IMG/VR virus record: IMGVR_UViG_3300031555_001441
Span: 32,001 to 96,000 of that record
Reading direction: 5' to 3' (one strand)
DNA: 64,000 nt
Source: a virus
Lineage: Duplodnaviria; Caudoviricetes
Position 1 is the stretch's first letter. Every line of letters starts with the position of its first letter. The notes below the pieces were generated by a model, which made no database searches, was not told the DNA's origin, and saw only the letters and a list, made by a program, of their open reading frames with translations. This document shows positions 31,153-41,461 of the stretch, piece after piece. The position numbers and the translations under genes are program-made.

Positions 31153-33498
31153 TTAGTTACCTTCCTTCTTTATAGGTTGCTGACACAAATATGTAAGTGC
31201 TAACTCTTGCTGATATTGACTTACTTTTAACTCTGCGTTCATCTTAACAAGAATGTTTGCCAATCGCAAACAAATTGCAAGATGTGGTTCACTGTACTTG
31301 CTTATTTTATCAGCATAGTGAGCAGGTATCATTGTAGATTCAATGTCTTTCAACAAGATGTATTTAACAACATTCATGATGAACGAATGAAAACTTTCAA
31401 ACCATTTGACAAAGTTAACTCCTGAATTATAAACAACATTCAATATGCTTGCAACAGACTTGTTATCTCGCTTCGCATATGCAGTTAATAGTGCAAAACA
31501 ATCATCGTAATTAGGAAGATTGAGAGCAGCGGTTACATTCTCAGAAGTTAATTCATTGCTATAAGCGAGTGCCTTATCTAACAATGTGAGTGCATCTCGC
31601 ATACCGCCTGAAGCGAGTTTTGCAATTAAACTGATTGCATCTGGAACATACTCTATATTACGACCCTCAGCATTTTCACACTTGATAACGTGCAGAAGCC
31701 TGTTGTAAATACCCTCAGTACTTATTTTAGATAATTGAAATACCTGGACTCTGGATATGATGGTTGCAGGTATTTTCTCTGGGTTTGTAGTGGCAAACAT
31801 GAATACGCTCTTAGCCGGAGGGGCTTCGATAGTTGTAAGCATACTTTGCCAGGAAGCCGAACTGAACGCATGACAATTATGAACTAGCAGCTCATTTGCA
31901 AAATACGACGGATGTCCTGATATCTCCAGGTCATACATTGTTACATACTTTGAATGTAATTCTGAATCTTTGAAACAACTTCGGAACAATTCTTCATTAT
32001 TTCCGCGTTGGTAAATCTCAACACTGTCCACCCTAAATTGTTTAGACATTGCACTTTCTTTGCATCCAACAACCGATGCGATTTCATATTGTGATCTACA
32101 CCATCCACCTCTATTCCGAGAAATATTTCGGGATATGCTAGGTCGAGTGCGTATTTCGAAGGATAGTGATTTGGATTGTTTTTTCGATCTATACCCACAG
32201 TCACGGAGTACTCTAATTTCCATTGAGGTCCTAGCTGAGATTTGAGCAGCATCTGCGGCTTGGTGAAGTGTCCGTTCCCACCACGTGCAACAGGCGGCAT
32301 ATGTAAAGTACCATTTTGCTCTCGCGTCTGGATCATCTTCGCTACTACATCTGGATTGCTCATCGGATTGTGTTGTTTCATACGTTCTGATGCCTGTGGG
32401 CTGGGCCTTCCTATGCTGTAACTGGTTGTCAATGCATAACGACAAGTATTGGAACATGTCTTCTTGTTCAGATTGGAAGAGTTCACTACAAATGAATTTC
32501 CACACCAAGCGCACACACGAGTTATCACAAGTTTCGCAGTTTGTTTTCGCATCCGAATCAGATGATTCGCACATTTCGGAGAGCAGGCTGTTCGTGGATC
32601 GCTGTTTCGAATCTCCATCTGCTTCCCACAAACTGGACAGATAAACATATGCCAGTGTTTTGAATGTTCCTCCGATAATCGTTCCAAATTTGGATTCTGC
32701 GCTCTCCAAACTCCTCCGCACTGCGGTGAGCACGTGATTGAATTCACGCTCTGTGGTGTCCAGAACATCTTTCCACATATTGGACACTTTTTCTGTATCG
32801 AACCAGGATGACGATTCGACATTTCGTTGTGCATATAGATCGCACGACACGCCTTGCTGCATAGCACTTTCTGATCGCTGGCATAACGCACCTCGAACAT
32901 TTTGCCGCATTGTTTGCAACGACGTTGAATCATATAGTTGATCTCCTTGTTGTAAATATTTAGCAGGTATCCACCCGTCATTAGTAAAAAACAAGTGATC
33001 TTGAGTTGTTACTAATCTACGACCTCCTACTGATATAGATATAAGGTTTTCTGGTTTCACTCTGTTCTTGAATACCTGTGTCACCGTCGCTTGACCTGTC
33101 ATGTTATATATGAGGTCTCCCGGTTGAATATCCTTGATTTGTATTTTACCTGCAGGTGTTGATATCCATGTATTTCCAGGAAAACATTCATCGATGATGA
33201 ATACCTTGTAATCACATCCTACTGGATATGCTCTCGCTTGCTGCATTATATCACGAACAGTGTCAACACCACTGTGTGAGGCAGCATCTAGCTCAATAGG
33301 CTCTCCTTTGCCGTTGTTTAAAACACGAGCCATGCATTTTAACAAAGTGGTCTTACCACAACCTGCTGGTCCAATCAACAGGAAATTTCGAAGTTCTAAC
33401 GGCTTAGTTTCACATATGGATTTTAGTATCTTGACCACAGTTCCCTGCTCTGTAACATCATCCCATGTTTTTGGCCTGTATTTATTTGCTAAATTCAT
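31153..33498 (-). CDS. dnaX: Clamp loader gamma/tau subunit (DnaX) with intein
   Basis: LANKYRPKTW, GPAGCGKTT, ELDAASHSG, IIDE|intein|CH, ATTNPEKIPATIISR, GGMRDAL. Confidence 0.92.
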   Translation of the reverse strand: MNLANKYRPKTWDDVTEQGTVVKILKSICETKPLELRNFLLIGPAGCGKTTLLKCMARVLNNGKGEPIELDAASHSGVDTVRDIMQQARAYPVGCDYKVFIIDECFPGNTWISTPAGKIQIKDIQPGDLIYNMTGQATVTQVFKNRVKPENLISISVGGRRLVTTQDHLFFTNDGWIPAKYLQQGDQLYDSTSLQTMRQNVRGALCQRSESAMQQGVSCDLYAQRNVESSSWFDTEKVSNMWKDVLDTTEREFNHVLTAVRRSLESAESKFGTIIGGTFKTLAYVYLSSLWEADGDSKQRSTNSLLSEMCESSDSDAKTNCETCDNSCVRLVWKFICSELFQSEQEDMFQYLSLCIDNQLQHRKAQPTGIRTYETTQSDEQSRCSSEDDPDARAKWYFTYAACCTWWERTLHQAADAAQISARTSMEIRVLRDCGYRSKKQSKSLSFEIRTRPSISRNISRNRGGWCRSQYEIASVVGCKESAMSKQFRVDSVEIYQRGNNEELFRSCFKDSELHSKYVTMYDLEISGHPSYFANELLVHNCHAFSSASWQSMLTTIEAPPAKSVFMFATTNPEKIPATIISRVQVFQLSKISTEGIYNRLLHVIKCENAEGRNIEYVPDAISLIAKLASGGMRDALTLLDKALAYSNELTSENVTAALNLPNYDDCFALLTAYAKRDNKSVASILNVVYNSGVNFVKWFESFHSFIMNVVKYILLKDIESTMIPAHYADKISKYSEPHLAICLRLANILVKMNAELKVSQYQQELALTYLCQQPIKKEGN
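31876..33186 (-). mobile_element. 437-aa intein in the DnaX Walker B (DE|CH)
   Basis: CFPGNTWIST...TTQDHLFFT.DGW...MYDLEI...YFANELLVHN|C. Confidence 0.9.
31941..32933 (-). CDS. Zn-finger-repeat / Vsr-like (DUF559-type) endonuclease overprinted inside the dnaX intein in another frame
   Basis: Four CxxCG(K/N)..CSxxC units, ERMKQHNPM linker, LDLAYP..GIEVDGVDH...D..K..L...GWTVLRFTN; AAGGAGA RBS ahead of ATG 32933. Confidence 0.85.
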   Translation of the reverse strand: MIQRRCKQCGKMFEVRYASDQKVLCSKACRAIYMHNEMSNRHPGSIQKKCPICGKMFWTPQSVNSITCSPQCGGVWRAQNPNLERLSEEHSKHWHMFICPVCGKQMEIRNSDPRTACSPKCANHLIRMRKQTAKLVITRVCAWCGNSFVVNSSNLNKKTCSNTCRYALTTSYSIGRPSPQASERMKQHNPMSNPDVVAKMIQTREQNGTLHMPPVARGGNGHFTKPQMLLKSQLGPQWKLEYSVTVGIDRKNNPNHYPSKYALDLAYPEIFLGIEVDGVDHNMKSHRLLDAKKVQCLNNLGWTVLRFTNAEIMKNCSEVVSKIQNYIQSM

Positions 33499-33544
33499 AT
33501 GATTTCTCCAATCATGAATAGTGATGTATATGTACTATAACGAT

Positions 33545-34324
33545 TCATCGTCCATACTCCTTGCATTTCTTGTGGTAAGGACAGTAGTTGGGCGAACACC
33601 ATTTGTCGCCTTTTGGAAGACCTTCAGGTGCTAGATTTTTGTCAACCATGTCGAGAACATACTCTAATCGATGCTTGATTTCATCTTGTTGTGCAAGTGA
33701 CACTGATAACGAATAACATTTCAGATCACCATACCATCGGTCTTGATAAAGAAATAAAACATCATTAAGATTAAGAAGTGTTGCGTACAGCATCGCTTGA
33801 TCAATGTGTTCTGCTTTTGCGAATGTTAAATCTTGCCAACTAGCGTATTCACATGTTTTTATCTCTAGAAGTGTGAGCTTATCTTTCCAACGAATGATTC
33901 CATCGCATGCGAATCGTATTGGAGGTCTAGCTATCTCAATTTGAGTTTCTAACTTGTTACTAGACTGTTTCGCTGTATACTCATACGAAAAATTTATTGA
34001 TTTTAGATAAGTACAAACATCTATCCAATCTTCTTTCAGAAATTCTCTTAGATCAGACTGAATTATTTCATGACAAGCTGTTCCGATTCTTGATATGAAA
34101 TCTAAGCCCTTATCAGGTTGTTTCAATTCATCAGGCTGAACACCTCTGAGCCGAAACCACGAACGTCTATCACATCTGAAAGAAGAAGCGGCGAAAGTCC
34201 TGTGAGAAGGCTCCGCCGCTTGTCTTACTATCTTTTGATTCAGTTCGTTTTCGTAAAATTCAAGTAGTTCCGCACTGGCGGTTGAATTGAAAGGTGCAAC
34301 ACTATCTAATTTACGAAACGCCAT
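33545..34324 (-). CDS. Cas4-like / PD-(D/E)xK exonuclease
   Basis: SSFRC, GTACH, CDG..LEIKT, QAMLY, C..xYCPY..C. Confidence 0.8.
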   Translation of the reverse strand: MAFRKLDSVAPFNSTASAELLEFYENELNQKIVRQAAEPSHRTFAASSFRCDRRSWFRLRGVQPDELKQPDKGLDFISRIGTACHEIIQSDLREFLKEDWIDVCTYLKSINFSYEYTAKQSSNKLETQIEIARPPIRFACDGIIRWKDKLTLLEIKTCEYASWQDLTFAKAEHIDQAMLYATLLNLNDVLFLYQDRWYGDLKCYSLSVSLAQQDEIKHRLEYVLDMVDKNLAPEGLPKGDKWCSPNYCPYHKKCKEYGR

Positions 34325-34330
34325 AGTAGA

Positions 34331-35446
34331 TTACTCCGCTACACTTGAAAGCATTGACGTGCAATCTTTGTTCCAGAAGAGCAGTCCGATGACTACAGAT
34401 TCCTCAAGCATCGGATATATGCAAACTTTATCACCATCGACGTAGTTAGCTACAATGGATTTAAGAGTATCTACTCGGAATTCACCTGTGTATACATCAG
34501 GAGTAATACCAGTTGCAGCTACCTCGCACTTGAGCGTATCTGTATAAAGTTTAACTTGTCCATCTCCTACGGACACAAATATCGTATCTTCAGTCGAGGT
34601 AGAAAGCAATGTTGCTTGCCCTAAGAACTTATTGATTGCAGCTGCGCTCGTTTCAACATAATTCGATACTGGATGCTTCATCATGTTGAGGAATATTGCA
34701 GAGTTATAACTACCTACGCCTTCATCGGTTTCATACTGAGGCTGGAATTCTGATACATATGAATAGCTGTCCAGCTGAAGAGATATCAGATAGCTGCGGT
34801 CATAGCGTGTTAATTTTGCACCTTCAGGAAGTGCATTGAATAGATTCACTATTGTTTCAGAAAGTAGACAAGTTGTCCCAAGATTGCTTCTTTTAGAATG
34901 TGTAAACAAGCTGTTATCAAAATCGCCGACAAGAACATCACCGGTATCACCTATCCACACTTTAGTATATACAGGATGCGTGAAAGACATTGCTATTGCA
35001 AACATCTGATGATCTTTGACAAATCTCCATGCATCTTTGTCAATATCAACAGAGACTCCGGACTGATCTGATACATCCTTTGGGCTATTAAGTTCAAGCT
35101 CAATGCTATCTATCATCTTCGGAAGTGTAAATTTGGATTTACCTGAGTGTAAAACGAGCCCATTCTCTATGAACTCAAGTGTGACTGTCGCGGTTTCAAA
35201 TGTAGACACAAGCTGTTTCAATAAGAGGCTGTCTACAAATATAGATTCAGATGCATCTGCATCGCCAGCACCCTTTACAATCAGTTGCGTTACAATAGAT
35301 TCAGCTTCTAGATTAACTCTGAGCGATGTCTTTGTAGCAGTCAGCTGAGCTAAACAGCTCTTTCTGTAGTACTTTGACACGTTTGAATTGATGATTCCGA
35401 GATTGAGTGCATCGGAAAGCGGTTTTGTGTTGCATGTAAACTGCAT
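34331..35446 (-). CDS. Sliding clamp (beta/DnaN-like)
   Basis: 371 aa; MQFTCNTKPL N-terminus, GKSKFTL; context with clamp loader. Confidence 0.65.
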   Translation of the reverse strand: MQFTCNTKPLSDALNLGIINSNVSKYYRKSCLAQLTATKTSLRVNLEAESIVTQLIVKGAGDADASESIFVDSLLLKQLVSTFETATVTLEFIENGLVLHSGKSKFTLPKMIDSIELELNSPKDVSDQSGVSVDIDKDAWRFVKDHQMFAIAMSFTHPVYTKVWIGDTGDVLVGDFDNSLFTHSKRSNLGTTCLLSETIVNLFNALPEGAKLTRYDRSYLISLQLDSYSYVSEFQPQYETDEGVGSYNSAIFLNMMKHPVSNYVETSAAAINKFLGQATLLSTSTEDTIFVSVGDGQVKLYTDTLKCEVAATGITPDVYTGEFRVDTLKSIVANYVDGDKVCIYPMLEESVVIGLLFWNKDCTSMLSSVAE

Positions 35447-35451
35447 AACAT

Positions 35452-38426
35452 TTAATCTCCTTGTAAAACTTTTCTTTTGATATGAGAAGTAAATTCTTCT
35501 ATATGTATTCTATAACGATTCATGTATTCTACGATGCGATCCTCCAGTTCCTGTGTAGCTTTACCATTCACGCCATGCGCAGCGTCGCCTCTAGGTTTAC
35601 TTCCATCTTCTTCTTTGAATACTGGAAGTGTAAATTCTAGATCGACCAGCTGGTACTGTAGCCACTTTAGATGTTCCGGATCCATTGTATATATGTCTTG
35701 TATGTTTTCAAGTTTCTCAACTTCAGGATATGGGCACGGATATTCAAGTCCATACCAACGAATTGTTGTGGTTACATCACAGCTTATCGGGAACGGTAAG
35801 AAACTACCAGCTTCACTCATAGTAGTACTGAGTATGTTAGCACCTTCTTCTGCATACTGTATTGGAACTTCTGCAATCAATTCATCATGAACAGGAAGCA
35901 AGAATCGACCTCCTATAGATTGCCACGTTGGATTGTTTTCCAGCTGAATCATAGCAAGTTTGGTCATTTCTGCTGCAGACCCTTGAATTATACTGTTTGT
36001 GCATTGTCTAGTTGCTTCAGTTATCTTTGGTCGATTGTTGATAACTTTAATGTGCTCTTCGTATAACTCTTTAGTTCTCCGAGCGATTTGACCGAAGTAC
36101 TTGTATCCTTTGAATTCTCGCATGAGCTCTTCGACAATACGTTGCGGAATTTCATTTTTAGTGTTCTGCAAAGTAGATACATCTAATGGATCAACATCTG
36201 GGTTGACGTATCCCTTCATCGGTAAAAATTCAAATTCAGGCAACTGCATATCTGGTATGTGACGACGACGTCCTAATATAGTTTCAACATATCCATGCGT
36301 CCTTGCCATATTTTGAGAACTCAACATCAACTGACGCAAATTTGGAAACGCATTCAGAACAGCATCATATATCTTTTGTGCTTTAGAAGTTTTATCATCT
36401 TCAGTCATATCATCACGTGTACCAAACAATTGCTCTGCAATTGACGGAACAGATCTTCCGTAACATATGCCCAATACAATAACTTTGGCTTCTCCACGTC
36501 TGGCTTTACCATCAGGTTGATATTCATGTGTTTCTGGATGAAACTCCAAACATTTTTCATATGGAAGATTAAATGCTAAACTTGCTATTGTAGCATATAT
36601 GTCCTTGCCCTCTTTAAAAGCTTTTATCATGTTTGGATCTTGAGATACAAATGCTGTGATCTTTGGTTCTTGCTGCAACTTAGTTATGTGCTCGCTACGC
36701 ACTTCTCTTATTGCTAAGAGTGTCGGACTATCTCTTGAACAAATGATTCTGTTACCAAATCATCTGCACCTACGAATTTCCATTTAATGGATTTACTATG
36801 AACTAATATCATTCATAAACCAACTCGCTTGAGCTGTACTCTACTCACTTGGTTATCTTAATTCGCCTAAGTTATCACTTATTTATGTATTTCTACAATT
36901 GCGAATATCTAGCTTTCGATAGTCTCTACACACGATATATCCATTTGAATCTACAAATAAATTGATTAGTTGAATATGAATATATCTTGCTCGATATTGT
37001 CCTGTATCTTGAACCAATAAATACAGGAGTTCATCGACTTAACGTAGTTTTATACTACAGCCAACCTCTGTAAACTGTAGTCGCTACTCATCAGTACATA
37101 TCCAGGAGTAGCTCTGAATATATGTCGAATATCTTCTGCATGTGACGGGATATTCTGAAGATTCGGCGAAGCTGAACTCATACGTCCCGTTGCAGCTCCA
37201 ACAGAGTTAAATACTGCATGAATTCGGCTATCTGGCGTAGTCGCTTTCGGCAATTTATCAACATACGTTGATATCAACTTATCTGCATTTCGCATCTTAA
37301 CAATCTGCTTTGTTACAGGTAGATTGAGATCGTTGAGAACATTCTTGTCAACACTTTTACCGATATCAAGTTTCATCAATTCCTTCAACAAATAAGGAAC
37401 ATGTATATTGGAATTATGATTGAAATCCTGCCCGGATTTGAAAGGACATTTAATTCTCAAATTATAAAGACTTGTGTCTAATATAGACTGAACCATATCC
37501 GCAAGCACTTGCTGTTCATTCTTCTGAATAGCTTCATACTTGATCTTTATTCTAGATGCAACTTCTGTGTCAAGATACATTCCGCGTCTATGCAGATTCT
37601 GACAAACTCGTATCATCGGAATCTCTACGTTCCACACAAGATCAGCTACAGCTTCAAGATGAGCTTTCTGACATTTTGGATGTTCTTTAGTAACATAAGG
37701 AAGTTGCCACTTAAATAACTCAAATGTTATTTTAGCATCATTGGCTGCATAAAGTTTAGCAACTTCAGGTTTACAATATGGAAACAGTTCAGGTGTGAAG
37801 AAATCTGAGAACTTCTTCGGATCTCCCTTACCTTTAAGAACATATTTGTTGTAGAGCCCCTTTAATGAGTTATCCTTCTCATTTTCTTTGAGGCACCTCC
37901 ATGCAAGGATAACATCATAATAGCAACTGTCCAACAAGTCTACTTTAAGATCTTTATAAATCATAGATAAGTCGAAATCTGCATTTGCAAATATCAACTT
38001 AACTTTATTATCAGCTAGACGCTGAAATTCTTGACCAATTTGTTCATACGATAATTGATCTTTGTAAGGTTCATCAAATATCGGAATGAGATGTTTGCTA
38101 GGTATGTAGCATTCTACACCGTTAGGATAATAAAGTGAAGCACCTACAATAGTATCATGTATTCTATCAAGACCTGTAGTTTCTGTATCAATACCTGCCC
38201 ATCCGACTTCAATACATTTATCGACATATTCATGAAGCTGATCAACTGAGGTGATGAGTATTGCGGGCGAATCTTTGAAATATTCTTTAACAGTCTCTGA
38301 AATTGAATTCAACTCAGAATTCATGCCCTTAACAGATGTTTTTGATGGCGGGGCAGTTGGTACTAGCTGACTCTTAGCCGCAACTTGATTTATTGCATCA
38401 ATTTGAGCTTGATTAAATAATGGCAT
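35452..38426 (-). CDS. polA: Family A DNA polymerase (3'-5' exo + pol), join(37074-38426, 35452-36675)
   Basis: DTETTGL, NADFD, YAAND, TGRMSSASPNLQNIP, motif A DYS|QQEP, KVIVLGICYG, NSIIQGSAA, VHDE. Confidence 0.9.
36676..37073 (-). ncRNA. Group I self-splicing intron (398 nt, no ORF) in polA
   Basis: Exon ACUACAGU pairs with intron GCUGUAGU (U-G at the splice site); GAGACUA and AAGAGAUAGUCC P7 elements; terminal G; removal restores DYSQQEP in frame. Confidence 0.88.
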
Positions 38427-38520
38427 ATAGTTTTCCCCCTTTCTCAATTTATTTATTCATATATCCAATATGCCGATCACACAAAGTTTGTGCAGATCGG
38501 CATTATTGTTTGAAAAGCTA

Positions 38521-39228
38521 TCAGAAGTCTACAGGTTCGTCATCAAGAGATTCAACGTTTTCAAACTCAGTTGAATCGTCAGGAACACTTATAGTCGGTG
38601 CAGCAGCTGTTGTGATTGAACGAGGCTGAATCTGATAGTTCGGAAGCGAACTGTTGCTGTAAGCTTCGGTAGACCCTTCTGACGTAGTTAGATGCGTCGA
38701 AAGCAAGTTGGTCAGTTCAGCGGCAGACAGTTCTTTACAGATGTTGGAGTAATAGTCCGGGAATGTGATGTTGTTTGCTTTCAGGATATCATCATACTTC
38801 AGAACGGAGTTTCTGCCGATAGCTGTTATCTGATAAACAGTATTTACGTCTCCGGCAGCCCCTTTACGAGTGATTCTGAATACATATTCAGACGGATTCG
38901 GAAACTTAGTAAATACATCCTGACTGAACTGTGCCTCGAACCTAATACCTCTGTCCCAAAATTCAATTGCATTTGTAGACAGATTGTAAATCGGTATGAA
39001 GAGCTTAGTTTGAACTCTGATGCCTTTGGCACACGCCGGACATCCACGACCACAGCAGTGTACATATCCGCTGTAATCAGCAGACTTTATGTAGTGCGTA
39101 TCCGCAACTAACACATCATCCAGACTCTGATACAGGAAGATCACATCTGCGTAATCGCCGTCGTTTCTTAGCAGAAACAATCCGCCAAATTTTTCTTCAT
39201 TGTAAGCTTTTACTGATTTGAATGCCAT
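38521..39228 (-). CDS. Single-stranded DNA-binding protein (Zn-binding, acidic tail)
   Basis: H...CCGRGCPAC, ITRKG..DVNTVY, C-terminal LDDEPVDF. Confidence 0.7.
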   Translation of the reverse strand: MAFKSVKAYNEEKFGGLFLLRNDGDYADVIFLYQSLDDVLVADTHYIKSADYSGYVHCCGRGCPACAKGIRVQTKLFIPIYNLSTNAIEFWDRGIRFEAQFSQDVFTKFPNPSEYVFRITRKGAAGDVNTVYQITAIGRNSVLKYDDILKANNITFPDYYSNICKELSAAELTNLLSTHLTTSEGSTEAYSNSSLPNYQIQPRSITTAAAPTISVPDDSTEFENVESLDDEPVDF

Positions 39229-39276
39229 GATATCATTCTCCTTTGATATAAATTGATTTATGTATTCAATAACGAT

Positions 39277-39720
39277 TCAACATTTTGCAGTGTAAGTTGC
39301 ATATGAATCGGCATTTTCTCTTAATCTCATCTCTGTTACAACTACTCCAGGTGAGTATGCATCTAAAGTAGCTTGCAACTGCAATGCTATTTGTTCGCAT
39401 ATAGTTTCAGCACTTACTACACTGCTATACGCCTTTGTGGGAACACCTAATCCGTCAAATGTAGCTGCGACGGATTGTGCTTGTAGATCTTTGTGATAGT
39501 ATAAAAATGTATGATTTGGAACACATGCGCTTAAGTGAGCGCGCAGCATCTTGAATTCATATACAAGTGATGACGCATCGGACTGCAACGTGTTCTGAAC
39601 TGTAGCTTCAACTAAATATCGACAGCCTTGTAACATGTACTTATGAGATAAGATATCTTGTACTAGATACACACAGTCAAACTCTATTCGTTGTGTAACT
39701 GTATTATTTTTTGTGATCAT
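39277..39720 (-). CDS. QueD/PTPS-like T-fold protein lacking the Zn-binding histidines
   Basis: VTQRIEFD...QGCRYLVEATV...VYEFKMLR...NHTFL...SAETI...MRLRENADSYATY follows the QueD layout. Confidence 0.55.
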   Translation of the reverse strand: MITKNNTVTQRIEFDCVYLVQDILSHKYMLQGCRYLVEATVQNTLQSDASSLVYEFKMLRAHLSACVPNHTFLYYHKDLQAQSVAATFDGLGVPTKAYSSVVSAETICEQIALQLQATLDAYSPGVVVTEMRLRENADSYATYTAKC

Positions 39721-40222
39721 AGCTGACCTCCAGCGCATGTAATCCAGATATCGTACCACACCAATATTGATCTGCAGGATTATCTACAGATGTTATAACA
39801 TATATTCCATTTGATGTGCAATGTAACGCAAGCGGTACATCATCAATCTCAAATCCGCCTATATAGTCGTTATCGTCTAACGGTACGATTTGATCAGGAT
39901 GCTGTCTTAACATATTGTATTTATCACTCAACAGATCGTCTATTAACTCATGTTTGCGTCTGTTCTTTGTCGATACACTGAGCAATGGTAAATGTGAGTT
40001 ATCTATCATAAACTGAATCAGCAAACATATCGCACCTAATACTCCAACACAGACGGCACCTCCGATCCATGTCATAACACTTGTATCCGATGTCATCTCG
40101 GATAAAGTAATTTCTCCGGACTGGAATTTCTGTTCCTCAGTATCAATACGCAGTACAACAAACAGTGCACATAAGATAGCAGCTATTATGAATACAATTC
40201 CCACAACTTTAAATATTTTCAT
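39704..40222 (-). CDS. Membrane protein (2 TM)
   Basis: Two hydrophobic segments. Confidence 0.6.
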   Translation of the reverse strand: MKIFKVVGIVFIIAAILCALFVVLRIDTEEQKFQSGEITLSEMTSDTSVMTWIGGAVCVGVLGAICLLIQFMIDNSHLPLLSVSTKNRRKHELIDDLLSDKYNMLRQHPDQIVPLDDNDYIGGFEIDDVPLALHCTSNGIYVITSVDNPADQYWCGTISGLHALEVSYDHKK

Positions 40223-40250
40223 GATCTTAACTCCCTATAATATATTACAT

Positions 40251-40901
40251 TCAATTAAATACATCAAGATAATCAGCTAACTTGATTCGAAGTTCGGCGA
40301 TTATTTCCTGTTTCCTGGATTCAGATACTTTAGGAAGCGACGGATCCGACCTACCTAATAACTTAGAAACAACAGACATTGTATCTTCTCCCATAGATTC
40401 TATCGTAGCCCAGAACTCTTCACGAGACTTTTCTTTAGTATAATCAGTAGTATCTGGAATTGTATCGAATAAATCAAGCTCATCGCCTGTTTCACTGATA
40501 ACGATATTGCTGCTTTCAAGCTGATACCTCTCACGATCTCGCTTTATATCATGGCAGATACAATACATACAATTGTATGCTACTCGATATACATAAGATG
40601 CTGAAAACCTCTCAGGCTTCGCTTTGATTACAGGTACATTTTTCATCAAGTACTGGAGACAGGTACTTACGCCATCTTCTTCTGTAGTATAGAAACTTCT
40701 TGTTTTGAACCATGCAAGTGTTATCTGATCGTAGAACTGAACATACAAAGCCGCTGCCTTAGAATCATCTGCTAACGCAGACCATTCATCAAAAGACAGC
40801 GGACTTTCATATCCGAGAAATGATTTGAAAGAATTGTAAGTAGCTCTCAGCGGCGACGTGCAGGTAGTAGTTTCCATCTCTGAAATGTTATTCTGTGCCA
40901 T
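40251..40901 (-). CDS. Putative sigma-factor-like protein
   Basis: EDGVSTCLQYL...FSASYVYRVAYN region-2-like; GDELDLFDTIPD. Confidence 0.45.
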   Translation of the reverse strand: MAQNNISEMETTTCTSPLRATYNSFKSFLGYESPLSFDEWSALADDSKAAALYVQFYDQITLAWFKTRSFYTTEEDGVSTCLQYLMKNVPVIKAKPERFSASYVYRVAYNCMYCICHDIKRDRERYQLESSNIVISETGDELDLFDTIPDTTDYTKEKSREEFWATIESMGEDTMSVVSKLLGRSDPSLPKVSESRKQEIIAELRIKLADYLDVFN

Positions 40902-41016
40902 GACACTATTCTCCTTGATATGTGTTGATGTATTTTGATGTTTGAACTGTTATATATTGTACATATATTATAAGCGATACATGATTAAAAAATCTTTATT
41001 TTTATTTTAAATAAAT

Positions 41017-41241
41017 TTAAATTATTTTGTTTGTCTTAACAGATGAGCTCTCATCTATCACTGTTGCATATTCAGCTGTTCTAGTAAGCGCATTGAATCC
41101 TTCATCGTATCCGTGCTGATATCCATCTGAGTATCCGTCCGAATAACCAGAAGCATACGCCTTATGAAGCTCCTGTTTGAAATTATCTGTTTTGCAATAA
41201 TGAGCACAAAAACGACTGAAAAGTCTTTCACGTAGTTTCAT
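41017..41241 (-). CDS. Small protein with GYxxG repeats
   Basis: SGYSDGYSDGYQHGYDEG. Confidence 0.5.
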   Translation of the reverse strand: MKLRERLFSRFCAHYCKTDNFKQELHKAYASGYSDGYSDGYQHGYDEGFNALTRTAEYATVIDESSSVKTNKII

Positions 41242-41461
41242 CAGAACGATTCCTCCACAATTTATAAAGTTTGATGATGTGAACAATTACGCATACACCA
41301 TTCAATAACCATACACTAATAGATCCAATCAAAAATCCATACACTACAAAAACAATCGAACCTAGTATGTTTATGCGCCGAATATTTACTTCAGATTTCT
41401 GTAAAAATGATAACAGCACTAAACATGTTGCAGCTATTCCTACAAGTTCAATCCAATTCAT
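41228..41461 (-). CDS. Small membrane protein (YgjV-like)
   Basis: ELVGIAAT..LLSF..IRRINILGS..FVVYG..WLLN. Confidence 0.65.
   Translation of the reverse strand: MNWIELVGIAATCLVLLSFLQKSEVNIRRINILGSIVFVVYGFLIGSISVWLLNGVCVIVHIIKLYKLWRNRSDETT

Noticed and set aside
33545-34324. Cas4 as part of a CRISPR-Cas system
   Set aside because: It is a solo Cas4-like nuclease inside a replication operon, with no cas1/cas2 or array.
35452-38447. polA as two separate genes or a pseudogene
   Set aside because: The gap has group I intron hallmarks and precise removal restores motif A.
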